DNA of 64,000 nt from an uncultured Actinomycetes bacterium (lineage in GTDB: Bacteria > Actinomycetota > Thermoleophilia > Solirubrobacterales > Solirubrobacteraceae). Shown here piece by piece: positions 44,061 through 53,948 of this stretch. Where the stretch lies: contig CAVPCS010000012.1 in NCBI GenBank assembly GCA_963702505.1, positions 110,494 through 174,493 on the forward strand, in the 5' to 3' direction. The notes beneath the pieces are model-generated. The model did not search any database. It had not been told where the DNA came from and worked only from the letters and a program-made list of their open reading frames with translations. Both the position numbers and the translations under genes were made by a program. Within the stretch, counting starts at the first letter, position 1. The number at the start of each line of letters is the position of its first letter.

Positions 44061-44705
44061 GTGATCCTCGCCTTCGCCGCCACCGCGATCGTCATCGTCG
44101 CGCTCATGTGGGAGGTCGGGTGGCCGACCCTCGCGGAGAAGATCGCGCAGCACCGAGCCCGCCGCGCACGGGTCCCCGCGCCGGACTTCGACCCCGGCCG
44201 CGAGCGCCGCGCCGAACAGCGCGCCCGCCAGCTGCTGCGCTCCTGCGTCAACGACGAGGAATGGGAGATGTACCGCGACCTCGGGCTCATCCGCGTCTGG
44301 GGAACGCTCGCCGGGGGTCCTGAACGCGGCGGGAGCGTCGCGACCGAGGCGGGTGCGCCGTACGCCTACATCCTCTACCCGCACAAGCCCATCGTCGCCT
44401 ACCTGCCGCAGACCCGCGAGCTGCTCAGCGAGTACTGCGTCGACTTCCCGGACGAGACGCGGCCGTACGGCAGCCCGCACCTGCCGGACTCCGACGACGT
44501 GCTCGCCAAGTGGATGGCGCTCACCGGCGACGAGCGCGGGCTCATCGAAGCGGCGAACATGCACCTCGCCGGACGCCAGGTCGATCCCAAGCGCGTGCGG
44601 CGCGACCTGTGGCGCCTGCAGGAGTGGGAGCGCCAGCGCATGAAGCGCATCGCGCGGATGTCCGACGACGCGCCGCGCCCCGACGGCACCATCCAGGCCC
44701 CGTAG
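44061..44705 (+). CDS. hypothetical protein with N-terminal TM helix (214 aa)
   Basis: Intact ORF. It has an N-terminal hydrophobic anchor (MILAFAATAIVIVALMW). No family was recognised. Confidence 0.45.
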   Translation: MILAFAATAIVIVALMWEVGWPTLAEKIAQHRARRARVPAPDFDPGRERRAEQRARQLLRSCVNDEEWEMYRDLGLIRVWGTLAGGPERGGSVATEAGAPYAYILYPHKPIVAYLPQTRELLSEYCVDFPDETRPYGSPHLPDSDDVLAKWMALTGDERGLIEAANMHLAGRQVDPKRVRRDLWRLQEWERQRMKRIARMSDDAPRPDGTIQAP

Positions 44706-44728
44706 CCGCCCGCTAGTGTCCGCTCCCC

Positions 44729-46422
44729 GTGAGCGAGACACTGAGCCACCTCAAGCACAAGAGCGCCGCCCTCACCGACGGGCCCGAGCGCGCCGCCGCC
44801 CGCGCCTACCTCAAGGGCATCGGCTACGACGACGAGGCGCTCGCCAAGCCGATCATCGGCGTCGCATCCACCTGGATCGAGACGATGCCGTGCAACTTCC
44901 ACCTGCGCGCGCTCGCCGCCAAGGTCAAGGAGGGCGTCCGCGCCGCGGGCGGGACGCCGATGGAGCTCAACACGATCGCGATCTCCGACGGGATCACGAT
45001 GGGCACCAGCGGGATGAAGACGTCGCTCGTCAGTCGCGAGGTCATCGCCGACTCGATCGAGCTCGTCAGCCGCGGTCACCTCTTCGACGGGGTCATCGCG
45101 CTCTCGGGATGCGACAAGACGATCCCCGGCACCGTGATGGCGCTCGCGCGCCTCGACGTGCCCGCCGTGATGCTCTACGGCGGCTCGATCCCGCCCGGGC
45201 GCTTCCGCGGCAAGGACGTCACGATCCAGCAGGTCTTCGAGGCGGTCGGCGCGCACGCCGCCGGCAAGATGAGCGACGAGGACCTGCACGAGCTGGAGGG
45301 CGTCGCGAGCCCCGGAGCGGGCGCCTGCGGCGGCCAGTTCACCGCCAACACCATGGCGATGGCGTTCGAGATCCTCGGGATCTCCCCGATGGGGTCCTCG
45401 ATGGTTCCCGCCCAGCACAAGAGCAAGGCCCAGGTCGCCTTCGAGACGGGTGAGCTCCTCATCGACGTGCTGAAGCGCGGCCTGAAGCCGAGCGACATCA
45501 TCACCAAGGCCTCGCTCGAGAACGCGATCGCGGGCGTCGCGATGAGCGGCGGCTCGACCAACGCCGTCCTGCACCTGCTCGCGCTCGCCCGCGAGGCCGG
45601 CGTCGAGCTCACCATCGACGACTTCGACCGCATCAGCGAGCGCACCCCGCTGCTCTGCGACCTGCAGCCCGGCGGCACGTACGTCGCCGTCGACCTCTTC
45701 GAGGCGGGCGGCGTCCCGCTCGTCGTGCAGCGCCTGCGCGACGCCGGCCTGCTCAACGAGGACGCCATCACCGTCGACGGCAAGACGCTGGGCGAGCACG
45801 CGGCCGAGGCCGACGGAGACGCCCGGCCAGCCCGTCGTTCGTCCGCTCGACGATCCGATCAAGCCCAGCGGCGGCCTGGCGATCCTGCGCGGCAACCTCG
45901 CGCCGGACGGGCTGCGTCGTGAAGCTCGTCGGCCACGAGCGCCGCTTCCACCAGGGCCCTGCGCGCGTCTTCGAGGGCGAGGAGGCGGCGATGGACGCCG
46001 TCACGCACGGCGGCATCAGCGCCGGCGACGTCGTGATCATCCGCAACGAGGGCCCGGCCGGCGGCCCCGGGATGCGCGAGATGCTCGCGGTCACCGCCGC
46101 CATCAACGGCGCCGGGATCGGCGAGGAGGTCGCGCTGCTCACCGACGGGCGGTTCTCCGGTGCCACCCACGGCTTCATGGCCGGGCACGTCGCCCCCGAG
46201 GCCTACCGCGGCGGCCCGATCGCCGCCGTGCAGGACGGGGACCTCGTCACGATCGACGTCGACAACCGCACGCTCGAGGTCGCGCTCACCGCGGAGCAGA
46301 TCGCCGAGCGCGTGGCGGCCTACCGCCCGCCGCCGAACCCCGACCGCACCGGCGTCCTGGGCAAGTACGCCGCGCTCGTCGGCAGCGCGTCGCATGGCGC
46401 CGTCACGCTCGCCGACGGCTGA
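44729..46422 (+). CDS. ilvD: dihydroxy-acid dehydratase; apparent frameshift(s) near 45800-45920
   Basis: Reads [27 protein letters not shown] and [17 protein letters not shown] (Fe-S cluster Cys), and the C-terminus [10 protein letters not shown] lies in the second frame. Confidence 0.9.
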
Positions 46423-46436
46423 GCACCGCAGCCCGC

Positions 46437-46997
46437 GTGCGCATCGCGATCGACATCGACTCGACGCTGCACCACTACTGGGACCAGTTCTCGGGCGTCG
46501 TGCTGCGACGGTTCGGGATCGAGCTGCCGTACGAGGGGCAGACGAGCTGGGCGATCTCCCGCCTGCAGCCCGAACAGGTGCACGAGGCCGTCATGGAGAC
46601 CCACGGGCCCGAACTGGTCGCCGCCGCCAGGCCCTACCCGGGCGCGGTGGAGACCGTCAACGCCTGGCACGCGGACGGGCACTTCATCCACATCACGAGC
46701 CACCGCGCCACCACGGCGCACGACGACACGATCGCCTGGCTGGACGCGGTCGGCCTGCGCTACGACGAGCTCTACTGCTCCTACGACAAGATCAGCCGCT
46801 GCCGCGAGATCGCGATCGACCTGCTCGTCGACGACAGCCCCGTGAACCTCGAGCGGGCGCTCGACGCGGGCATGCGGGGGGCGACCATCGTGCACCCCTG
46901 GAACACCGAGGTCGTCGCCGAGCGCGACATCGTGGGCGCCGAGGACTGGGCCGGCCTCGCCGCGGCGCTCGCGCCCGTCCTGGCACCGCCTGCCTGA
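46437..46997 (+). CDS. HAD-superfamily 5'(3')-deoxyribonucleotidase-like protein
   Basis: Starts at GTG. Reads MRIAIDIDSTLHHYWDQF (DxDxT motif)...IDLLVDDSP. Confidence 0.6.
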   Translation: MRIAIDIDSTLHHYWDQFSGVVLRRFGIELPYEGQTSWAISRLQPEQVHEAVMETHGPELVAAARPYPGAVETVNAWHADGHFIHITSHRATTAHDDTIAWLDAVGLRYDELYCSYDKISRCREIAIDLLVDDSPVNLERALDAGMRGATIVHPWNTEVVAERDIVGAEDWAGLAAALAPVLAPPA

Positions 46998-47100
46998 GCC
47001 GCGCGGAATGCGGCTTGCAACTCTCGCGCCGCGGCCGGATCGTCGCCTATCCTGAACGGTCGACCCTGACGATCACGGTCGCCCGGACCCGACTCGCCGC

Positions 47101-48138
47101 GTGCGCCGAGCCCCAGCCATAGCCCTCGCCGTCGTCGCCACGCTCGTGGTCGCCCTCGTTGGCGGTGCGTGGGCCTACGACCGCAGCCGCCAGGACACCG
47201 TCGCGAGCGGCGTGAAGGTCGCCGGGATCGACGTCGGCGGGCTCACCGGGGAGCAGGCCCGCGCGCGGCTGGAGCGCCGGCTCCTGGATCCGCTGCAGGA
47301 GCCGGTCGTGATCGAGCGCGGTACGCGCTCCTGGCGCCTCACGGCAAAGGAGGCGCGGATCGCCGCGGACGTGCAGGGGAGCGTCGACGCCGCCATGGAG
47401 CGGGGACGCGACGGCAACTTCCTCACGCGCGCCTGGCGTGAGGCGACCGGGGCCACGGTCGCCGCGAACGTCCAGCCGAAGCTGACCTACAACGACAAGG
47501 CGGTCGTCCGGTTGCTGGACCGGGTGCGCCGGACGGTCGACAAGCCCGCCAAGGACGCGAGCGTCACGTTCACCGGCAGCAGCGTCGCGCCGGTCCCCTC
47601 GAGCAACGGCCGCAAGCTCAAGGCGACGGCGCTCCACCGCGAGATCCGCGCGGCGATCGTCGAGCCGGGCGCCGACCGCACGTTCGTCGCGCGCACCCGC
47701 GCCGTGAAGCCGAAGGTGACGACGGCCGAGCTCGGCCGCAAGTACCCCACGCTCATCACCGTGAACCGCGGCGGCTTCAAGCTCACGCTCTTCAAGAACC
47801 TGGAGCCCGTGAAGACCTACCCGATCGCCGTCGGGGCGATCGGCCTGGAGACGCCGGCCGGCCTCTATGCGATCCAGGACAAGCAGGTCAACCCCACCTG
47901 GAACGTGCCGGACAGCGAGTGGGCGGGGGACCTCGCCGGCAAGTCGATCCCGCCGGGCCCCGACAACCCGCTCAAGGCGCGCTGGATGGGCATCTACGCC
48001 GGCGCTGGCATCCACGGGACGAGCGACATCGGGTCTCTCGGCTCCGCGGCCTCGCACGGCTGCGTGCGCATGGCCGTCTCCGACGTCGTCGACCTGTTCG
48101 ACCGGGTCGCCGTCGGGACGCCGGTGTACATCGCCTAG
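47101..48138 (+). CDS. L,D-transpeptidase (YkuD/ErfK domain)
   Basis: The N-terminal TM is followed by the catalytic C-terminus GIHGTSDIGSLGSAASHGCVRMAVSDV (H-x15-HGC-R motif). Confidence 0.8.
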   Translation: MRRAPAIALAVVATLVVALVGGAWAYDRSRQDTVASGVKVAGIDVGGLTGEQARARLERRLLDPLQEPVVIERGTRSWRLTAKEARIAADVQGSVDAAMERGRDGNFLTRAWREATGATVAANVQPKLTYNDKAVVRLLDRVRRTVDKPAKDASVTFTGSSVAPVPSSNGRKLKATALHREIRAAIVEPGADRTFVARTRAVKPKVTTAELGRKYPTLITVNRGGFKLTLFKNLEPVKTYPIAVGAIGLETPAGLYAIQDKQVNPTWNVPDSEWAGDLAGKSIPPGPDNPLKARWMGIYAGAGIHGTSDIGSLGSAASHGCVRMAVSDVVDLFDRVAVGTPVYIA

Positions 48139-48668
48139 AGCTCGCCGATCCGGACGGCGATCACGCGCTTGCTGCGACCGAGGAAGAACGCCGTGCGGCG
48201 GTCCACGTAGCCCCCGGTCGATCCGAGCGGTGCGCCCAGGCCCACCGGGAACCCGGCACCGAGTCCGAGCGCCTTGAACAACGCGGCCGAGGTCGTGCCG
48301 ATCCCGAACCTCCGCGCTGTCCGCCACTTCGCCAGCGGCGACGCGGGGCCCCCGCTGATCGTGATCCCATCGACCGCGCCGAACTGGTCGAAGGACACGA
48401 GCGCCCGCTCACGGGACGAGCTGCCCTTCCAGATGCAGGACGTCCGCGACCCGTCCCCCTGGCAGGCGTCGCCCGCCTCGGAGACGCCGCCGGGGCCCCA
48501 CGCGGCCTGTGCCTGCGCGAGCGTCATCCCGATCCGGACGCCGCCCATGGACTTGCCGTTGACGATCTTCGTGGTCTTCGGCTTGGGAAGGGTCGCCTCG
48601 GCGGGTGCCGCGCCCGCGAGCAGCGCCGCGGCGGCGATCGCCGCAACGGCGGCGGGACGATGGGTCAT
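48135..48668 (-). CDS. secreted hypothetical protein (178 aa)
   Basis: Begins MTHRPAAVAAIAAAALLAGAAPAEA and is then Gly/Ala-rich. No family was recognised. Confidence 0.45.
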   Translation of the reverse strand: MTHRPAAVAAIAAAALLAGAAPAEATLPKPKTTKIVNGKSMGGVRIGMTLAQAQAAWGPGGVSEAGDACQGDGSRTSCIWKGSSSRERALVSFDQFGAVDGITISGGPASPLAKWRTARRFGIGTTSAALFKALGLGAGFPVGLGAPLGSTGGYVDRRTAFFLGRSKRVIAVRIGEL

Positions 48669-48715
48669 ACGGTCACTCCTGAGGCTCGCTGGTCCGAAGG
48701 CCGGACGGTAACGAC

Positions 48716-49012
48716 TCAGTCCGGCGCGGGCAACGCCCGATCCCGCAGTTCCTCCACCTGGATCTCCTCCCATCCGCGCTCCAGGAGCAGGGCATGGTGG
48801 TCTCCGTGTCGAAGGGTCAGCGTGCCGATGAAGATGCCCTTCTCCCGTCGCCGCATGACCGCGTACCAGAGCGTCGTCGCGTCGTCCGATGCCTTGATCC
48901 GGTGCCACGGGCGCGGCGGATCCCCGGCGGGCTCGCAGAGCCCCGCCTCGATCAACCGCTTGCGCGTCGCGACCTGACCCGTGGACGTGTCGATGAAGAA
49001 GAGCGCCATCGC
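48716..49012 (-). CDS. hypothetical protein (98 aa)
   Basis: Reads MALFFIDTSTGQVATRKRLIEAGLCEPAGDPPRPWHRIKASDDATTLWYAVMRRREKGIFIGTLTLRHGDHHALLLERGWEEIQVEELRDRALPAPD. The composition is coding-like, but no family was recognised. Confidence 0.35.
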   Translation of the reverse strand, partial: AMALFFIDTSTGQVATRKRLIEAGLCEPAGDPPRPWHRIKASDDATTLWYAVMRRREKGIFIGTLTLRHGDHHALLLERGWEEIQVEELRDRALPAPD

Positions 49013-49034
49013 GGCCGAGGATAGGGCGCCGGCG

Positions 49035-49928
49035 ATGACCCCGGCCTGGTCGCAGGCGCTGGGCCTGCTGGACGCCGACCTGCTGCGCCGCGGCGCCGCA
49101 GAGCGCACCCGCCGCGCCTACGCGACCGACCTGCGCCAGTTCGCGGTGTGGGCGAGCGCCGCGCGGATCACGCCGCAGGACGCCGGCCCGCGCGAGCTGC
49201 GCCGGTACGCGGCGACCCTGTCCGAGCGGCGCGTCGCGCCGAGCACCGTCGCGCGCAAGCTCGCCGCCCTGCGGGCGCTGTTCCGCGCGCTGCGCGAGCA
49301 CGGCGTCGTCACGCAGAACCCGGCCGAGCTGGTCGCCTCACCGCGGCGTCCGCGCCATCTCCCGCGCGTGCTGCGACCGGACGAGCTCGCCGCGCTCCTG
49401 GACCGCATCCCGGCCGGGACGTCGCTGGAGCTGCGCGACCGCGCGCTGCTCGAGATCGCCTACGGCTGCGGCCTGCGCGCTGAGGAGCTGGTCCGGCTCG
49501 ACACGACCTCGGTGCACTTCGACGCCGAGGAGCTGCGCGTCGAGGGCAAGGGGGGGAAGACCCGGATCGTCCCGGCCGGCGAGCCGGCGCTGCAGGCGCT
49601 CGCGCGCTACCTGGAGCGCGGCCGGCGGGCGCTGCAGACCGACCCCGCGGAGACCGCGCTGTTCCTCTCGAAGTCCGGCAGGCGCCTCTCCACGTCCGAC
49701 GTGCGGCGGCGCCTGGCGGTCTGGACGCGCGCGGCGGCGCTGCAGGGCGGCGTCTCGCCGCACGCCCTGCGCCACTCGTTCGCGACCCACCTGCTCGACG
49801 GCGGCGCCGACCTGCGCGCGATCCAGGAACTGCTGGGCCACAGCAGCATCTCGACGACCCAGATCTACACTCGGGTAGAGTCGGCGCGCCTGCTCAGCGC
49901 CTACCGGCGCAGTCATCCGCGGGCGTAG
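49035..49928 (+). CDS. xerC: site-specific tyrosine recombinase XerC/XerD
   Basis: The core-binding domain reads RTRRAYATDLRQF. The catalytic domain reads ALLEIAYGCGLRAEEL, then HALRHSFATHLLDGGADLRAIQELLGHSSISTTQIYT (R..HxxR..Y). It is not flanked by any cargo or repeats. Confidence 0.85.
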   Translation: MTPAWSQALGLLDADLLRRGAAERTRRAYATDLRQFAVWASAARITPQDAGPRELRRYAATLSERRVAPSTVARKLAALRALFRALREHGVVTQNPAELVASPRRPRHLPRVLRPDELAALLDRIPAGTSLELRDRALLEIAYGCGLRAEELVRLDTTSVHFDAEELRVEGKGGKTRIVPAGEPALQALARYLERGRRALQTDPAETALFLSKSGRRLSTSDVRRRLAVWTRAAALQGGVSPHALRHSFATHLLDGGADLRAIQELLGHSSISTTQIYTRVESARLLSAYRRSHPRA

Positions 49929-49939
49929 CGACGGGAGAT

Positions 49940-50716
49940 ATGGAAGCGAACGTCAAGGCAGTCGAGCTCCGCGACCTCTGGCGCCGTTATAAGACGGACG
50001 ATGACCAGCGGGCGCGGGAGCGACTCGTCGTCGCCTATTCCCCGCTGGTGAAGTACGTCGCCGGCCGCATGGGGTCCGGGCTGCCCTCGCACGTCGAGGA
50101 GGCGGACCTCATCTCCTACGGGCTCGTCGGGCTGATCAACGCGATCCAGCGGTTCGAGCCCGAGCGCGAGATCAAGTTCGAGACGTACGCCATCACCCGC
50201 ATCAAGGGCGCGATCATCGACGAGCTGCGCTCGCAGGACTGGGTCCCGCGCTCGGTGCGCGCCCGCGCCCGCGAGATCGAGCGCGCCCATCAGAAGCTCG
50301 AGCACAAGCTGCACCGCGCGCCCACCGACGAGGAGATGGCCGCGGAGCTGGAGATGGACGTCCAGGCCTTCCAGGACGCCATCCTTCAGATCTCGAACTC
50401 GTCGATGGCCGCCCTCGACGAGTTGTGGACGGTCAGCGACTCCAGCGGCGACTCGGTCTCGCTGCTGGACACGATCGCCGACGACAGCGCGCCCGACCCG
50501 GCGGCGGCGCTGGATCAGAGCGACCTGCGCGACCGCGTCGCCGACGCGATCTCGCGCCTGCCCGAGCGGGAGAAGCTCGTGATCGCGCTCTATTACTACG
50601 AGAACCTGACCCTGCGCGAGATCGGAGAGGTCCTCGGCGTCACCGAGTCGCGCGTCTCGCAACTGCACACGAAGGCCGTGCTGCGCCTGCGGTCGGGCCT
50701 CAGCGAATCGGACTGA
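49940..50716 (+). CDS. RNA polymerase sigma factor, FliA/WhiG (sigma-28) family
   Basis: Intact 258 aa. Region 2 is YSPLVKYVAGRM...EADLISYGLVGLINAIQRFEPEREIKFETYAITRIKGAIIDELR. Region 4 is LTLREIGEVLGVTESRVSQLHTKAVLRLR. Confidence 0.85.
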   Translation: MEANVKAVELRDLWRRYKTDDDQRARERLVVAYSPLVKYVAGRMGSGLPSHVEEADLISYGLVGLINAIQRFEPEREIKFETYAITRIKGAIIDELRSQDWVPRSVRARAREIERAHQKLEHKLHRAPTDEEMAAELEMDVQAFQDAILQISNSSMAALDELWTVSDSSGDSVSLLDTIADDSAPDPAAALDQSDLRDRVADAISRLPEREKLVIALYYYENLTLREIGEVLGVTESRVSQLHTKAVLRLRSGLSESD

Positions 50717-50810
50717 CGCCGCGCCTGCGGGATGCGGGGAAACCCGCACACGCGGGCCCGCCGCGGCGATAGGGTCGGCGTTCGGAACCCGTACGGGAAG
50801 GAGCGCAGGC

Positions 50811-52868
50811 ATGCACCAGGCGGACCGCATTCGGAACGTCGCCCTCGTCGGCCACCGCGGCAGTGGCAAGACGTCTCTTCACGAGGCCCTGCTGTTCGAG
50901 GCGGGCGCGGTGAACCGCCTGGGGTCGGTCACGGACGGTTCGACCGTCTCGGACTCCGATCCCGACGAGCAGTCGCGGCAGATGTCCATCAGCGCGAACC
51001 TCAACTCGTTCGACTGGGACGAGCGCAAGATCAACCTCATCGACACGCCCGGCGACCCGAGCTTCGTCGCCGACGCGCTCGGTGCGATGCGCGTGTGCGA
51101 GTCGGCGGTCTTCGTCATCAACGCCGTGATGGGCGTCGAGGTGAGCACCTCGCGCCTGTGGCAGCGCGCCGACGAGCTGGACATCGCGCGCCTCATCTTC
51201 GTGAACATGCTCGACCGCGAGCGGGCCGACTTCTTCCGCACCCTCGAGCAGCTGAAGGGGGCCTTCGGGCCGCACGTCGTCGCCACGGAGATCCCGATCG
51301 GCGCCGAGCACGACGTGCGCGGCCTGATCGACCTCGTCGACATGAAGGCCTACGAGTACGCCGACGCGAGCCGCGACAACTGCCGCGAGATCCCGGTTCC
51401 CGACGACCTGCGCGCCGTCGCCGAGGAGTACCGCGAGAAGCTCATGGACGAGGTCGCCGAGGTCTCCGACTCGCTGATGGAGCGCTACCTGGAGGGCGTC
51501 GAGATCTCCCACGAGGAGATCGTCACCGCGCTCAAGGAGGGCACGAACCACGGCGGGATCTTCCCGGTCACGTGCGGCGTCGCGACGCGCAACCTCGGCA
51601 CCAACCGGCTGCTCGACGCGATCGAGGAGGACCTGCCCTCGCCGGTCAAGCACGGCGGGCTGGAGCTTCCCGAGATCACCCTGGAACCCGACCCGGACGC
51701 CCCGCTGTACGCCTACGTCTTCAAGACGAAGGCCGACCCGTTCGCGGGCCGGATCAACTTCTTCCGCGTGTACCAGGGCACGATGCGGCCCGACGGCCAC
51801 GTCCTGAACACGCGCGCCCACGCCAAGGAGCGGCTCGGATCGCTGCTGCAGTTCCCCGGCAAGGAGAGCACGGGCGCGGACGGCTTCGGTCCCGGTGACA
51901 TCGGCGCGGTCGCCAAGCTCAAGGAGACGCGCGCGGGCGACTGGCTCGCCGACCGCGACGAGCCGATCCAGATGCCGGCGGTCGAGCTCCCGCAGCCCGT
52001 GATGGCCTTCGCGATGGAGCCGAAGACCAAGGGTGACGAGGACAAGGTCTTCACCGCGCTGCGGCGCCTGCAGGAGGAGGACCCGACGATCGACCTGCAC
52101 CGCGACCAGCAGACCGGCGAGCAGATCGTCGCCGGGCTCTCCCAGGTCCACGTCGAGGTCATCGTCGACCGGCTGCGCTCGCGCTTCGGCGCCGAGGTGA
52201 CGCTGAAGCCTCCGCGCGTCCCCTACCAGGAGACGATCCGCGGTGAGGCGAAGGCGCACGGGCGCCACAAGAAGCAGAGCGGCGGCCGCGGGCAGTTCGG
52301 CGACTGTCACATCATCCTCGAGCCCTTCGACGGCGGCGAGTTCGAGTTCGTCAACGAGATCAAGGGCGGCGTCATCCCGACGAGCTTCATCCCCGCCGTC
52401 GAGAAGGGCGTCCACGAGGCGCTGCAGCACGGCCCGGTCGCCGGGTTCCCGGTGAAGGGCGCGCGCGTGCGGCTCGTCGACGGCTCCTACCACGCGGTCG
52501 ACTCGTCGGAGATGGCCTTCAAGCTGGCCGGCTCGATCGCGATGCGCGAGGCGCTCGGCAATGCGAGCCCGGCGCTGCTGGAGCCGATCATGCTCGTGAC
52601 GCTGTCGGTGCCGGAGGAGTGCGTCGGCGATGTCGTCGGCGACCTCAGCTCCCGGCGCGGCCATCCGCTCGGCATGGAGCCGGTCGGCGGCGCGACCGAG
52701 ATCAAGGCCGAGGTGCCGATGGCCGAGATGCTCACGTACGCGCCGGACCTGCGGTCCATCACCGGCGGGCGCGGCGACTACACGATGGAGTTCCAGCGCT
52801 ACGAGGAGGTGCCGGCGAACCTCGCGCAGAAGGTCGTGGCCAGCGCCAAGGAGGCCGTGTCGGCCTGA
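50811..52868 (+). CDS. elongation factor G-like GTPase (EF-G paralog)
   Basis: Intact 685 aa. Motifs are G1 GHRGSGKTSL, DTPGD and NMLD. EF-G domains II-V are present (GRGQFGDCHIILEPF...). Confidence 0.85.
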   Translation: MHQADRIRNVALVGHRGSGKTSLHEALLFEAGAVNRLGSVTDGSTVSDSDPDEQSRQMSISANLNSFDWDERKINLIDTPGDPSFVADALGAMRVCESAVFVINAVMGVEVSTSRLWQRADELDIARLIFVNMLDRERADFFRTLEQLKGAFGPHVVATEIPIGAEHDVRGLIDLVDMKAYEYADASRDNCREIPVPDDLRAVAEEYREKLMDEVAEVSDSLMERYLEGVEISHEEIVTALKEGTNHGGIFPVTCGVATRNLGTNRLLDAIEEDLPSPVKHGGLELPEITLEPDPDAPLYAYVFKTKADPFAGRINFFRVYQGTMRPDGHVLNTRAHAKERLGSLLQFPGKESTGADGFGPGDIGAVAKLKETRAGDWLADRDEPIQMPAVELPQPVMAFAMEPKTKGDEDKVFTALRRLQEEDPTIDLHRDQQTGEQIVAGLSQVHVEVIVDRLRSRFGAEVTLKPPRVPYQETIRGEAKAHGRHKKQSGGRGQFGDCHIILEPFDGGEFEFVNEIKGGVIPTSFIPAVEKGVHEALQHGPVAGFPVKGARVRLVDGSYHAVDSSEMAFKLAGSIAMREALGNASPALLEPIMLVTLSVPEECVGDVVGDLSSRRGHPLGMEPVGGATEIKAEVPMAEMLTYAPDLRSITGGRGDYTMEFQRYEEVPANLAQKVVASAKEAVSA

Positions 52869-52886
52869 GCGGTACCCTCGCCCGTC

Positions 52887-53642
52887 GTGGCACCTCGCCA
52901 GATCTCCACGATGCACGAGCCGGTGCAGTGCGCCGTCTGCCAGCGCACGATCCTGCGCGGCGAGCGGCCCGACGTCTTCCTCCACGGGGGACGACGCGCC
53001 GTCGTCTGCGAGCTGTGCGCGCCGCGCGCGGTGCACGAGGGCTGGATCCGCGAGGGCGCCGACGCCGCGCCGGGACGGGTGACGCGCGGCTGGTCGCGCG
53101 GCTCGGGCCGGTCGCTCCTGGACCGCCTGCGCGCCCGCCGGCCGGGGGAGGCGGAGCTGCTCGTGCCGCAGGAGGCGGAGGGCCTGCTGGAGGCGATGGA
53201 GGAGCCCGAGTACGAGCTCGAGCCCGCTCCCGCGCCGCACGTGCAGCCGCGGACCGCGGACGGGATGCCCGACGATCCGCCGATGTACCGCGAGGACCGC
53301 TTCGTGCACGCGATCCCGACGAACGCGGACATGAAGGTCGTCCGCGCGATCGACCTCTTCAACGCGAGCCCGCACTGCCGGACGATCTCCGGCGTGGCGC
53401 GCACGCTCGGCGCGCCGCTGGTGACGGTGCGCCCCTCGGCGACCGAGGGCAGCATCGTCACGATCGTCATCGCGTGGGAGCTGTCGTGGTACCGCTACGA
53501 GATCGACCTCGCCGACGAGGCCGCCGGCGTGCGGTCGACGGGCCAGGGTGCGGAGCTCGACGAGCTCGACGAGCCCGACCGCGCGCCGAACGCGATCGCC
53601 GACGAGTACGGCGCGCTGCATGCGGCCGTCCAGCCGGCATGA
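52887..53642 (+). CDS. hypothetical protein with N-terminal zinc-ribbon (CxxC-x17-CxxC)
   Basis: Reads MHEPVQCAVCQRTILRGERPDVFLHGGRRAVVCELCAP, then an acidic linker, then a C-terminal domain of unknown function. The ATG at 52911 is an alternative start. Confidence 0.5.
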   Translation: MAPRQISTMHEPVQCAVCQRTILRGERPDVFLHGGRRAVVCELCAPRAVHEGWIREGADAAPGRVTRGWSRGSGRSLLDRLRARRPGEAELLVPQEAEGLLEAMEEPEYELEPAPAPHVQPRTADGMPDDPPMYREDRFVHAIPTNADMKVVRAIDLFNASPHCRTISGVARTLGAPLVTVRPSATEGSIVTIVIAWELSWYRYEIDLADEAAGVRSTGQGAELDELDEPDRAPNAIADEYGALHAAVQPA

Positions 53643-53657
53643 GAGACTGATCGCGAC

Positions 53658-53948
53658 ATGACAGCGCGTCGCTCGACACTCGTGCGGTCACCAGGCGGAC
53701 CCGCGATGATCTACAGCGTCGTGCCCGAGGAACTCGGGCCTGAGATCTACGAGCAGCTGAAGGCCTACTACGCCGATGACCCCGAGGTGACGGTGATCGT
53801 CGACCGTCGTCGGTCCGGGCGCCCGTCCGGCGGCCCGCCCACGGCCGACGAGTCGGAGTTCCGCGGGCGCCGCCGGCGCCGCGCCACGGGCGATCACCCC
53901 CGCTGTTCCTGGCGGGCGGCGACGACGGTCCCGCCGCCGCGTAGATGA
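53658..53948 (+). CDS. small hypothetical protein
   Basis: Reads MIYSVVPEELGPEIYEQLKAYYADDPEVTVIVDRRR..., followed by an Arg-rich tail. Its stop abuts the rnhA ATG (TAGATG), suggesting translational coupling. Confidence 0.35.
   Translation: MTARRSTLVRSPGGPAMIYSVVPEELGPEIYEQLKAYYADDPEVTVIVDRRRSGRPSGGPPTADESEFRGRRRRRATGDHPRCSWRAATTVPPPRR

Noticed and set aside
48981-49034. A longer xerC start at 48981 (MDVSMKKSAIAAEDRAPA…).
   Set aside because: The N-terminal extension overlaps a plausible minus-strand ORF (48716..49012) and does not resemble recombinase N-termini. The Met at 49035 gives a typical XerC length.
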